18,897 nucleotides of DNA from an uncultured archaeon (GTDB lineage: Archaea > Asgardarchaeota > Lokiarchaeia > Sigyniarchaeales > SOKP01). Location: NCBI GenBank assembly GCA_964583985.1, contig CAZOYD010000049.1:1-18897 (forward strand), read 5' to 3'. Positions 1-8,328 of this stretch are shown in pieces (position 1 is the stretch's first letter; every line of letters begins with the position of its first letter). The notes below the pieces were generated by a model. The model searched no databases. It was not told the origin of the DNA and saw nothing but the letters and a program-made list of their open reading frames with translations. The translations under genes and the position numbers were made by a program.

Positions 1-635
1 TTTATTTCTCTCACGCTATTTAAAATCAAGGATTTCCCCTTTTTTGAATCCTTTAATTCTTGAGCTGAATGGTTACCAGTTAAAACACCTATAAAAGGAC
101 AGTTTAAATTGTTAGATAACATCGCATCTTTAGGATGATCTCCAATTACAATAATTTGATAATTAGGATAGTGTTCTTCAAAAAAGCTCTCAAATGAAGG
201 ATCTAACTTGCCTAATTCCTTTCTTTCTTCGGTTTCGCCAATAATGTAATCAAAGAATTCACTAATAGCTAAAATTTTTGCCATTTTTAATGCCATTTCT
301 TGTTTTTTTGAAGTGATAATTCCTAAAATAAATCCACGTTTCTTTAATTCCTGTAATTTTTCCTTGACTCCTTCAATTAAATGACCTTGATAAATTCCCT
401 TACATCCATAGAACTCTCTAAATGTAAGAACAAGATCTGATATATTATCTTTCGCAATTGTCAAGAACATTTGGTGAAGGGGGATTCCTATCATCTTTTC
501 TATATCTTGCTTGTCCTTTAAGGGTAAATTAAATTTTTGGAGAGCATGGTTAAATGAATTTACAATACCCTCCCGATTATTGATTAACGTATTGTCCAAG
601 TCAAAACTAAGAATAATATTTTTAGGTATCATCAT
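1..635 (-). CDS. HAD-superfamily hydrolase (phosphoglycolate phosphatase-like), 3' end runs off the window
   Basis: Not in the ORF track. Manual translation from ATG at 635 (or 632): MMIPKNIILSFDLDNTLINNREGIVNSFNHAL, containing HAD motif I DxDxT. Near the window edge it reads IVIGDHPKDAMLS...FIGVLTG (motif IV GDxxxD). No stop seen before position 1. Confidence 0.88.
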   Translation of the reverse strand, partial: MMIPKNIILSFDLDNTLINNREGIVNSFNHALQKFNLPLKDKQDIEKMIGIPLHQMFLTIAKDNISDLVLTFREFYGCKGIYQGHLIEGVKEKLQELKKRGFILGIITSKKQEMALKMAKILAISEFFDYIIGETEERKELGKLDPSFESFFEEHYPNYQIIVIGDHPKDAMLSNNLNCPFIGVLTGNHSAQELKDSKKGKSLILNSVREI

Positions 636-723
636 ATAGTAATTTATTTTGTTTCCATGAATGTAAAAAAAGTGAAAAGCTATTTTTATTTATGTAATAC
701 TTGGGACGTTGATTTATAGAAAA

Positions 724-2334
724 TTAGATTTTGTAACCTTTAAAAAGACGCAGAAGATACATGATTTCTTCAGAGTTTTCGATTATTCGCTGGAGGGGGT
801 AAGAGAATTTTTCAAATTCAATAGGTTCTCCTTTATTTATCCAATCAATCATAGTTTCAACCATTTCTTTATACTTTTTCTCAGTATTACCAGAAGAATT
901 TAATTTTGAAATGATTTCTCGAGCTTTATCAATTCTTCCATTCAATATGGAAGAAATAGCGGCTAAAACGTAGGATTGTACGATATGTGATTTGCCAATT
1001 TCTTTAAGATTAGCTGCTTTGTAGTAGTATTTGTAGACATTCCTAACCATTTCTTTAAGTAAAAAATCCTTTGCTGTATCAAGCTTCTGATAAAACTTGA
1101 TACTTTCTAATATTAAAGTAGCAGCGGTATAAAATTTCTTATTTTTTAAACCTTCTTTCGCAATAATGCTTAATCCACGCACAATTTGGTTGAACAATCC
1201 AAATTGATTATAATCTAAATCTCCTTCAACCGCTATATCATATGCATTTAAATAAGATTCTGTTGAATCATTAACATTGCCATCTTTCCAATAATTGTCA
1301 GCTGCTTTTATAAAGTGCTTGTAAGTCATATCTAAATTATTCATTTCTTTAAATGTAACCGCGGCATTAAAGAAATTGACTGCTGATTCGTTATAATCAT
1401 CAATTTTCTCGGAATAATTGCCTGCTAATACAAAACAGGAAGCGGATTCAATTAGATTATTATCGATTTCTTGATAACAAAGAGCCGCCCCCCGATAAAA
1501 TGTTGCTATTTTCTGAAAATTTTCGGGTACTTTTTCTAAACCTTCTGCCAAATTTATATATGCTCCCGCTTCCTTCTTAGAATAATTAACGAATTGTTCT
1601 TTATCATCGAGTAATTCATAAAGTTTTCTTAAAACTTGTGATAATTGGGCAACAGTCAAATTATCATTATTTTCTTCATATTCCTCTAATAAATCGAGGA
1701 AATATTCAACACCATCTAAAATTAAATTATTAGAGCGGTCAAAATCATCTAATTCTTGAAAACATGAAGAAATTTGTTGATAGGAATAAGCTAATAAATC
1801 AAAATAATGAAAACTTTTTGATGCTTCAATTACGAAAGCATAAAATTTAGTAGCTCTCTTGTAATCACCGATTTTTAAGTACAATTCAGCAATATTTTGA
1901 TAATTTTGAGCTAACTTCCTAATTTCGTTAAAATCCTTTAATAATTTACTTTCTTGTTTTAAAAAATTAATGCTAATGCGAATTTTTTTTCTCTCGAGTT
2001 TGTGATCATTAAATTTATCAGCATGTAAGTCTGCTAAACGAATATATATTTCGGCAATTTCATGTAATTTAGCTTGAAGTTTATATGAAGAGATTTGCTT
2101 TTCCCAGTATCTTTCTACTAATTCAAGTATTTTTAATGATTTTGAATGATCGATTTCTTCAATTATAGATGCGACCGAATATAGAAATTCTCCAGCTTCA
2201 AGGAATTCTCCCGTTTCGGAAATAGTAGTAGCAATATTGGCAGATTCTTCCATTATTTGATTTATAATTTGATTTATATCTTCATTATTCTTATTAATTT
2301 CACCTTGATCTACAAAATCTCTTAGTTTTTCCAA
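724..2334 (-). CDS. TPR / alpha-SNAP-like helical repeat protein
   Basis: 536 aa, TTG start preceded by GGAGA. Repeated A-x-x-Y/F-x-x-A-A-x-x-Y/F helices (ATFYRGAALCY, ASCFVLAGNY, AVNFFNAAVTF, KHFIKAADNY). The C-terminal SYVLAAISSILNGRIDKAR resembles the SNAP C-terminal bundle. Confidence 0.75.
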   Translation of the reverse strand: MEKLRDFVDQGEINKNNEDINQIINQIMEESANIATTISETGEFLEAGEFLYSVASIIEEIDHSKSLKILELVERYWEKQISSYKLQAKLHEIAEIYIRLADLHADKFNDHKLERKKIRISINFLKQESKLLKDFNEIRKLAQNYQNIAELYLKIGDYKRATKFYAFVIEASKSFHYFDLLAYSYQQISSCFQELDDFDRSNNLILDGVEYFLDLLEEYEENNDNLTVAQLSQVLRKLYELLDDKEQFVNYSKKEAGAYINLAEGLEKVPENFQKIATFYRGAALCYQEIDNNLIESASCFVLAGNYSEKIDDYNESAVNFFNAAVTFKEMNNLDMTYKHFIKAADNYWKDGNVNDSTESYLNAYDIAVEGDLDYNQFGLFNQIVRGLSIIAKEGLKNKKFYTAATLILESIKFYQKLDTAKDFLLKEMVRNVYKYYYKAANLKEIGKSHIVQSYVLAAISSILNGRIDKAREIISKLNSSGNTEKKYKEMVETMIDWINKGEPIEFEKFSYPLQRIIENSEEIMYLLRLFKGYKI

Positions 2335-2465
2335 GTAATCTCCATAATCTACAAAACTCTCTTGAAGAATTTAAGATCAACCTATCAATAGGATATAAAC
2401 GTTATTAAATAAAATTTAGGTTACCATAAAAAGAATTTTATTTTACTGAAAAGATATTTCTTCGA

Positions 2466-2559
2466 GCGTTAATTTGCCCCAAATTCAATCCAGAGTGTTC
2501 TAACTACTACTATCCGACTTTTTGCTAAAAATATGAATGGACCTCTTTCAAATTAACGC
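2466..2559. repeat. Perfect 11-bp inverted repeat enclosing 72 nt; candidate structured RNA
   Basis: GCGTTAATTTG (2466-2476) is the exact reverse complement of CAAATTAACGC (2549-2559). Lies in a divergent intergenic region. Confidence 0.7.
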
Positions 2560-2644
2560 CTTTTATGGTATAGCAAATAATTTTAAATAGGAGTACAGTT
2601 TCAATTATAATAGTTCAAATTATTTAGTAATAGGTGGTTATACT

Positions 2645-2854
2645 ATAAAACAAACTCATGAATTATTAGAAACTGGAATTTACGAAGTATTTAAACCAGA
2701 AAAGAGCATGTTAGTTAAAGATCTCTTGAAAGAGCTCAATTTGGAAGGAAAATGTTTTGGAATCCTTATAAATGGCAAGCGCGCTGATGAGGATACAATT
2801 ATTAAAGAAACGGATGAAATTACTATCCTCCCTCACATTGCAGGGGGCTTTTAA
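2645..2854 (+). CDS. MoaD/ThiS/SAMP-family ubiquitin-like (beta-grasp) protein ending GG-F; start uncertain (ATA 2645 proposed, first ATG 2708)
   Basis: Not in the ORF track. Frame open 2591-2854: (I/M)KQTHELLETGIYEVFKPEKSMLVKDLLKELNLEGKCFGILINGKRADEDTIIKETDEITILPHIAGGF*. Shows the typical VxDLLxxL helix, ILING, and DEIxILPxIAGG tail. Confidence 0.88.
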   Translation: MKQTHELLETGIYEVFKPEKSMLVKDLLKELNLEGKCFGILINGKRADEDTIIKETDEITILPHIAGGF

Positions 2855-2895
2855 AAAAAAATATTTATATTTTTGTCTCTATTTTTAAATGAATT

Positions 2896-3876
2896 TCATT
2901 TTATCGTAATTTTCAAAAGATCCTCTGCTAAAATCGTATTTGAAAACAAATTTTTTGCATCTTCTAATAAATTCACAGCATCTTCTTGATATCGGGAAGA
3001 AATATGAGTTAGTATTAGCATCTTGGCATTCATTTTCAGAGCGCTCATTGCGGCATCCACGGAAGTCGAATGTTTTTTCTCTTCTGCTATTATTTTTAGT
3101 TCTTTTGAGAATGTTGCTTCATGTATTAATACGTCTGAATTTTCTCCAAGCAGGATTAAATTATCAGATGGTGCAGTATCTCCAGAGTAAGTAATTTTTC
3201 GACCAGGCAGTTTAGGACCTACAATTTTTTCCTTTTCGGGATTAATGCTACGTCCATTATATTCTATAATTTGTCCTTCTTGCATTCTTTTCCATAATTT
3301 ACCTTCAGGGATTTCTAGCTCTAATGCTCTTTCAGGCTTGAATTTTCCATTCCTTGGTTTTTCAATAAAAGAATAAGCAAATGAAAGAATGGAATGTTCA
3401 ACGGTTGTATACTTGATTGAATATCTCTTTCCAATGAAAATCATATTATTTTCAATAGGTTCTTCATTTATTGGATATTCCGAATCTAAACCATCATATT
3501 CAAGAATTTGATTGTTTAAATTATCGATTTCCATTATCTTTATTGGATAATTTGCTTTCAGTCCAAGAATTTTTTTATGAAGGTATAGATATAAGAAGAG
3601 ATTTCGTGGTCCGTATATTATGAGAGGTGTATTTCGCTCGATTAATCCAAATCGGAAAAGCAATCCAGGTAACCCAATAATGTGGTCTCCATGAAAATGT
3701 GAGATAAGAATTTTCATTGGTTTGTTAAATTTTAGACCTGCTTCAATTATCCGACGTTGTACGTCTTCTCCACAATCAAAAAGAATTAGTTCGTTGTGAT
3801 ATCGTAATGCAATGGATGGTAAATTTCTCTCTTTCATCGGGATTGCTGCTGCTGATCCTAATATAATAATATCCAT
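2896..3876 (-). CDS. rnz: Ribonuclease Z (tRNA 3' processing endoribonuclease)
   Basis: LFDCGE, SHFHGDH metallo-beta-lactamase motif, exosite arm (GKFKPERALELEIPEG), YSGDT, LIHEATF, HST, LTHISSRY. Confidence 0.96.
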   Translation of the reverse strand: MDIIILGSAAAIPMKERNLPSIALRYHNELILFDCGEDVQRRIIEAGLKFNKPMKILISHFHGDHIIGLPGLLFRFGLIERNTPLIIYGPRNLFLYLYLHKKILGLKANYPIKIMEIDNLNNQILEYDGLDSEYPINEEPIENNMIFIGKRYSIKYTTVEHSILSFAYSFIEKPRNGKFKPERALELEIPEGKLWKRMQEGQIIEYNGRSINPEKEKIVGPKLPGRKITYSGDTAPSDNLILLGENSDVLIHEATFSKELKIIAEEKKHSTSVDAAMSALKMNAKMLILTHISSRYQEDAVNLLEDAKNLFSNTILAEDLLKITIK

Positions 3877-3890
3877 GAAGAATCAAAGTT

Positions 3891-5183
3891 TCATGTATTT
3901 TTTCTTAATTGTTGTATCTCTAACCTTTGTTGAATATTTTGCTTTGTTAAATCTTCGACCATGCTTTTCAATTCTTGAAGTCTTAATTCATATGAGGGAT
4001 TTTCTACTTGCATGCTAGTAGAATGAAGTTGAGTTTGTAATTTTAAAGTATCTAAATCATTTCGTAATTCCCTAATGGTACTATCTTTGAATTGAATTTG
4101 AGTTTCTAAATCTTCATAACGTTTCTTAATTCTGATGGCTTCATTTTTGATTGTACCAATTTCATCTACCTTTGTTTTCAGTGCTTTTTTAGCATCATCC
4201 AATTGTTGTTGCAAGAAACTCGCTAAATCTCTTTGCATTTTTAAATTATCATTACTAACATTATGAGTTTTGTCTAAAGGAGGAGAATCTATTATTTTTT
4301 GAGTTTGAATCCCTTTCAGTTGATCTTGAAGGGTATCTATCCTTGATTTTGCTTTATTTAGTTTGTTTTGTAATTCCTCAACTACTTGTTCTAAAGGGCT
4401 ATCTTGAGAATTATTTTTTCTATTTAAATCAGTTCGTAGAATTTTAATTTCATCTTCTAACTCTATAATTCTCTTACTTTCGCGATCTTTTATTTTATCC
4501 TTCTCTTTCTTTTTATTGATCTTGGATTTTAATTCTTCATATTCTCGCTTTAATTTGTTATGCTTTTCTTGTAAATCCGTTAGTATTTTCTTAGTTATAG
4601 TCTCTTCATTCTTTAGATCATCAATAATAAGCTTAGAATCATTATCTTTTAATTCCTCTAATTTAATCGTAAGATTTTCGATTTCAGCATTTTTAGCTTT
4701 TAATATACCTTGAAAATCATCGTTCCCGCTATTTTGATGTTGATATCTCTTTATCAATGATTCTTGCTTATTTATCTTTTCCTGCAATTCTTTTACCAAA
4801 ACGTTTAAAGGAGCTTTCTGTCTCAAATCCTCAACATTTATGACCGTGGAGTCTGAACCTTTTACTTTTTTAAGTTCCTTTTGGAGATCGATATTTTCTT
4901 TCCTTAAGTAACTCATTCGAGTCTTAAGCTCTCTCATCTCTTGATCTTTAGTTTCAATTTCCAGTTCTAATTTTGTTTGCTTAACTTTCTTCCCTTTTTT
5001 TTTTGAAGGTTCGTCAGGTAGAAGCTCTCTCAATTTGATGATTTCATTTTCGAGAATATGAACTTTTTCAGAATAATGAACGATTTCGTTGTTTTTTTTA
5101 TCGAGTTCCTCATTTAGTTCATTAATTTGCTCTCGAAAGGAATTGATGTCTTCGGCATCATCTTGAGAAAACATAATTTTCAC
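3891..5183 (-). CDS. Long coiled-coil protein with internal repeats, function unknown
   Basis: 430 aa, E/K/L/Q-rich heptads throughout, no TM segment or NTPase motif. GTG at 5183, alternative ATG at 5174. Ends 14 bp before the rnz start. Confidence 0.8.
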   Translation of the reverse strand: MKIMFSQDDAEDINSFREQINELNEELDKKNNEIVHYSEKVHILENEIIKLRELLPDEPSKKKGKKVKQTKLELEIETKDQEMRELKTRMSYLRKENIDLQKELKKVKGSDSTVINVEDLRQKAPLNVLVKELQEKINKQESLIKRYQHQNSGNDDFQGILKAKNAEIENLTIKLEELKDNDSKLIIDDLKNEETITKKILTDLQEKHNKLKREYEELKSKINKKKEKDKIKDRESKRIIELEDEIKILRTDLNRKNNSQDSPLEQVVEELQNKLNKAKSRIDTLQDQLKGIQTQKIIDSPPLDKTHNVSNDNLKMQRDLASFLQQQLDDAKKALKTKVDEIGTIKNEAIRIKKRYEDLETQIQFKDSTIRELRNDLDTLKLQTQLHSTSMQVENPSYELRLQELKSMVEDLTKQNIQQRLEIQQLRKNT

Positions 5184-5256
5184 TTATTGAAAAAGAACGA
5201 TTTTTATATATATTTCATCTGAAATTACTAATTTAACTTTTTTCATTCCCACAATC

Positions 5257-7167
5257 TCAATAAATTTCAAAATCCTTAATAGAAAATACTTTAACTTTCT
5301 TCATAAGAGAATAAATACTTAGGAAGTTAAATAACAAAAATAGACCAATTAATATCATGATAAGAATAAATGGAACATAAAGTGGAGGTAAAGTAACTCT
5401 ATCAAATAATATTAAAGCATTCAGTATCATTCCAATTCCCAAACTAAAAAATAATGATGGAATTATGACATAAAATGATTCAAGAAATAAAATTCTTTTG
5501 ATCTTTTTATAACTTGAGCCAATTGCTCTCATAATTAAAAAATCTTTTGCTTTTTCCATTATCCCACTTTTTTGATAATTATAAATCGATAGTAAGGAGA
5601 CTAGCAGTAGAGCTACAATTATAATATTTGGAAATAAACCTAAATTTTCCATAAATTCTTGATTTTTTTGAAATGTGGAAGAGAGAGGGAGCATGCTAAA
5701 ATTTTCTCCCAAGTTCCCTGAGATAATCAGATTTAATTGGTTTTCAATTTCCTCATTAATACCAGATTTTAACTGTAATACAACAAGATTAATTTCGTGA
5801 TTTGTAAAATTCAATCCTTCTCTCATTATCTCATCATCGATGTAAGCGGCATACCCACTATAAAAAGGATCAATTACTACTCCTGATATATGAAAAGTAT
5901 GTTGAAGTTCTTCAATTCTCATACTTTGATCAAATGGAGAATCGAAGAAATTATTGCTTAAACCATCACCAATGAACATGTACATGTACGAGTCAGAAGG
6001 AGTGAAATAAGTTCCATCGATTTCAAAATTCTGAATTAAATTACTGGTATTAATTCCTAAAATTGGGAAGTTTCCTGTCCTTTCTTGACCAACTATATGA
6101 TATCCACCATTTTCAGGGTATACATATCCATCTAATTCGTTCGCTTCACTAAAACATATGAGTCGTTCATCAATTTTTAAAATTTGTGGAATAAGCGCAA
6201 ATTCTTCAATATCTGAAAAATTAAACAAGTACGTGGGGTCTAGAAAATCAATCGTATCTGTATCCACGATTATTGAGGGGTCAGAAAACATCTCATACAT
6301 TAATGCGTATTGTTGAATTACATTTTCGTGACCGATTACGATTAAATTGTCTCCTTGTGCTTTTTGTATCCAATTCTGTGAAGATTGGCTTAATACAAAT
6401 GTCCCAAGGCTTAGAGTAAATATAATAATCGCTATTAAAGAAAATACAACCAAAAATCTTTTATATTCTCCTTTGCGTCTTAATGTATTTAATATAGAGA
6501 TTTTAAAATTGAAACCTATAGAAGAAATCCATTTAGGTATGAAGGCAATTTTTTTCGAAGCATCTATATTAAACGGGATATCTTTAGAAAAGACCTTTAT
6601 AGCCGATTGACTTGCCAATTTCCGTATAATCGCCCCCGGTACGATAAAAATACCAAACATGCTAGCTAAAAATAAAATTGGTGTGAAAAGCAAATCAAAA
6701 TAAAAAAATCCCGAGAACCCCAAATTGCTTAGAAATAAAGAACAGATACCAAATGCAGTCAAGCCCATAATAAGTCCTAGTATGAATCCCATAAAGAAGA
6801 TGACATATACTTCTGTTAGATAATAACTGTAGAGTTTCCTTGGTATTGTTCCTAAGGATTTCATTATAGCAATATCACGCTTTTTTGAGAGAATAAGACT
6901 GCTTGAGACAACTAAGATCATTACAAAAGCCAAAACGATTATTAAAATGATTATTAAAAAGGTGAAATTAGAATAAAGAATACTTAATCCTCCTGAAAAA
7001 TAAAATTCATTTTGAAAATTATGAGGTATTAATCCATTCAATCCAATTGATGAAACAAATAGGATGAAGAATTCAGCTAGTGCTATTATTAGACCGACAA
7101 TAATGACGTATGGAAAGGAATGCTCTTTATTCCGATAAAAATCTTTCAATGCAAAATCGAACGATAT
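5257..7167 (-). CDS. FtsX/LolC/MacB-type ABC transporter permease (two FtsX domains)
   Basis: Two FtsX signatures (KKRDIAIMKSLG...E and KAKDFLIMRAIG...E), about 8 TM segments, and one large extracytoplasmic domain. Track start is TTG 7149; a Shine-Dalgarno-supported ATA at 7167 is proposed. Confidence 0.9.
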   Translation of the reverse strand: MSFDFALKDFYRNKEHSFPYVIIVGLIIALAEFFILFVSSIGLNGLIPHNFQNEFYFSGGLSILYSNFTFLIIILIIVLAFVMILVVSSSLILSKKRDIAIMKSLGTIPRKLYSYYLTEVYVIFFMGFILGLIMGLTAFGICSLFLSNLGFSGFFYFDLLFTPILFLASMFGIFIVPGAIIRKLASQSAIKVFSKDIPFNIDASKKIAFIPKWISSIGFNFKISILNTLRRKGEYKRFLVVFSLIAIIIFTLSLGTFVLSQSSQNWIQKAQGDNLIVIGHENVIQQYALMYEMFSDPSIIVDTDTIDFLDPTYLFNFSDIEEFALIPQILKIDERLICFSEANELDGYVYPENGGYHIVGQERTGNFPILGINTSNLIQNFEIDGTYFTPSDSYMYMFIGDGLSNNFFDSPFDQSMRIEELQHTFHISGVVIDPFYSGYAAYIDDEIMREGLNFTNHEINLVVLQLKSGINEEIENQLNLIISGNLGENFSMLPLSSTFQKNQEFMENLGLFPNIIIVALLLVSLLSIYNYQKSGIMEKAKDFLIMRAIGSSYKKIKRILFLESFYVIIPSLFFSLGIGMILNALILFDRVTLPPLYVPFILIMILIGLFLLFNFLSIYSLMKKVKVFSIKDFEIY

Positions 7168-7184
7168 AAACCCTTCACCCCATT

Positions 7185-7931
7185 TTAACTATTATTTATA
7201 ATTTTTCCATCTTCAAATAAAATAACTCTATCAGCCAATTCAATTAAGTTATCATCGTGAGTAGCAATAATCATGGTAATTCCTTCTTCTTTCAATTCTT
7301 TAAATAATCCATGGATGAAAATACTGGTCTTATTGTCCAGATTAGCGGTAGGTTCATCAGCTAAAATATTTGGAGGTTTATTGGCAAGTGCTCGTGCTAT
7401 GGCCACCCTTTGCTGTTCACCAGCGGATAACTGAAAGGGTAGATGTTCTCTTCTGTTTTCTAATCCCATTTTCAATAATAAGCTAATGGCTTGTTTTCTT
7501 TGATCTTTTAAATTAACTCCTGCAAGACTCATCGGAAACATGACGTTTTCTTCAGCAGTTAGAGTACTAATGAGATTATAATTTTGAAAGATGAATCCAG
7601 AATTCATTAATCGAAAAGTTGCTAATGACTCCTCATTCATATTCGTTATAACAACGCCATTAAAATATATTATTCCTTGCTCTGGAAGATCAAGTCCACC
7701 TATAAGATTAAGTAAAGTGGTTTTTCCTGCACCTGAATGTCCCTTAATCACAACAAATTCGCTTTTTTTTATTTCTAAAGATACATTATCGACAGCCTTG
7801 ACAATAAAATCTCCTATTTCATAATTTTTGACCAAATCTCGTGCTAGGATCACTAAATCATTATCTTTTATTAGTTTATGATATTCCATTGAATCTGAGC
7901 TGTGAGGTTCCTCGAAAAATTCTCTTTCCAT
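7185..7931 (-). CDS. ABC transporter ATP-binding protein, LolD/MacB/FtsE-like
   Basis: Walker A GHSGAGKTT, Q-loop GFIFQ, signature LSAGEQQR, Walker B ILADEPT, H-loop ATHD. Directly upstream of the permease. Confidence 0.95.
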   Translation of the reverse strand: MEREFFEEPHSSDSMEYHKLIKDNDLVILARDLVKNYEIGDFIVKAVDNVSLEIKKSEFVVIKGHSGAGKTTLLNLIGGLDLPEQGIIYFNGVVITNMNEESLATFRLMNSGFIFQNYNLISTLTAEENVMFPMSLAGVNLKDQRKQAISLLLKMGLENRREHLPFQLSAGEQQRVAIARALANKPPNILADEPTANLDNKTSIFIHGLFKELKEEGITMIIATHDDNLIELADRVILFEDGKIINNS

Positions 7932-8130
7932 GATTAATCATTAAAAATAATTATGACTTTTATAGTTCATATTCACTTAAAATACTATTTAAGACATTCT
8001 AAAAACGATTGAATATTTCTACTTGTTATAAATAACTTTAAATAGCAACTTGTGATCATAAATAATAGAGGGAATTCAGAAAAAATAATAAAAACTAAAT
8101 ATCCCCTAATTTCCTAATTAAATGGTAACT

Positions 8131-8140
8131 AACCTTAATT
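8131..8140 (+). promoter_or_regulatory. AACCTTAATT motif, copy 1
   Basis: Identical 10-mer also at 11135-11144 and 17825-17834, each intergenic and upstream of a + strand gene. Confidence 0.3.
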
Positions 8141-8328
8141 TTAAATAAACCTTATTAAAGGTTTTTATTTTTCGGTCTTCCCTCCCTCTTTTTTTAATGT
8201 GAAAATTACTCTATTATAGTTAATATTTATTTATGATCTTATGATTTCAATACCATTGGAGTAGTAATATTTATAATTTTTAAGGTATAATATTAATAAA
8301 TTACATATTTACTACATTAGGGTTTATT

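Noticed and set aside
2381-2392. Palindrome CCTAT-CA-ATAGG upstream of the SNAP-like gene
   Set aside because: Single short palindrome, plausible by chance, with no cognate regulator in the window.
2645-3876. Functional tRNA-maturation link between the Ubl sulfur carrier and RNase Z
   Set aside because: The genes are convergent rather than operonic, and no thiouridylase or E1 gene is present.
4995-5004. A10 run in the coiled-coil gene as a frameshift or phase-variation site
   Set aside because: It encodes a Lys-rich stretch in an intact frame; such runs are expected at this AT content, and no stimulatory structure was noticed.
3891-7931. FtsE-FtsX-EnvC-like division module (ABC pair plus coiled-coil)
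   Set aside because: The coiled-coil protein lacks a signal peptide or hydrolase domain and appears to have its own TATA box; the ABC pair looks like a generic LolD/MacB-type system.
8067-8195. Canonical cobalamin riboswitch upstream of the corrinoid gene
   Set aside because: Only AGGGAA matches; the GGTG/TCC and B12-box elements are absent. Kept only as an unclassified structure.
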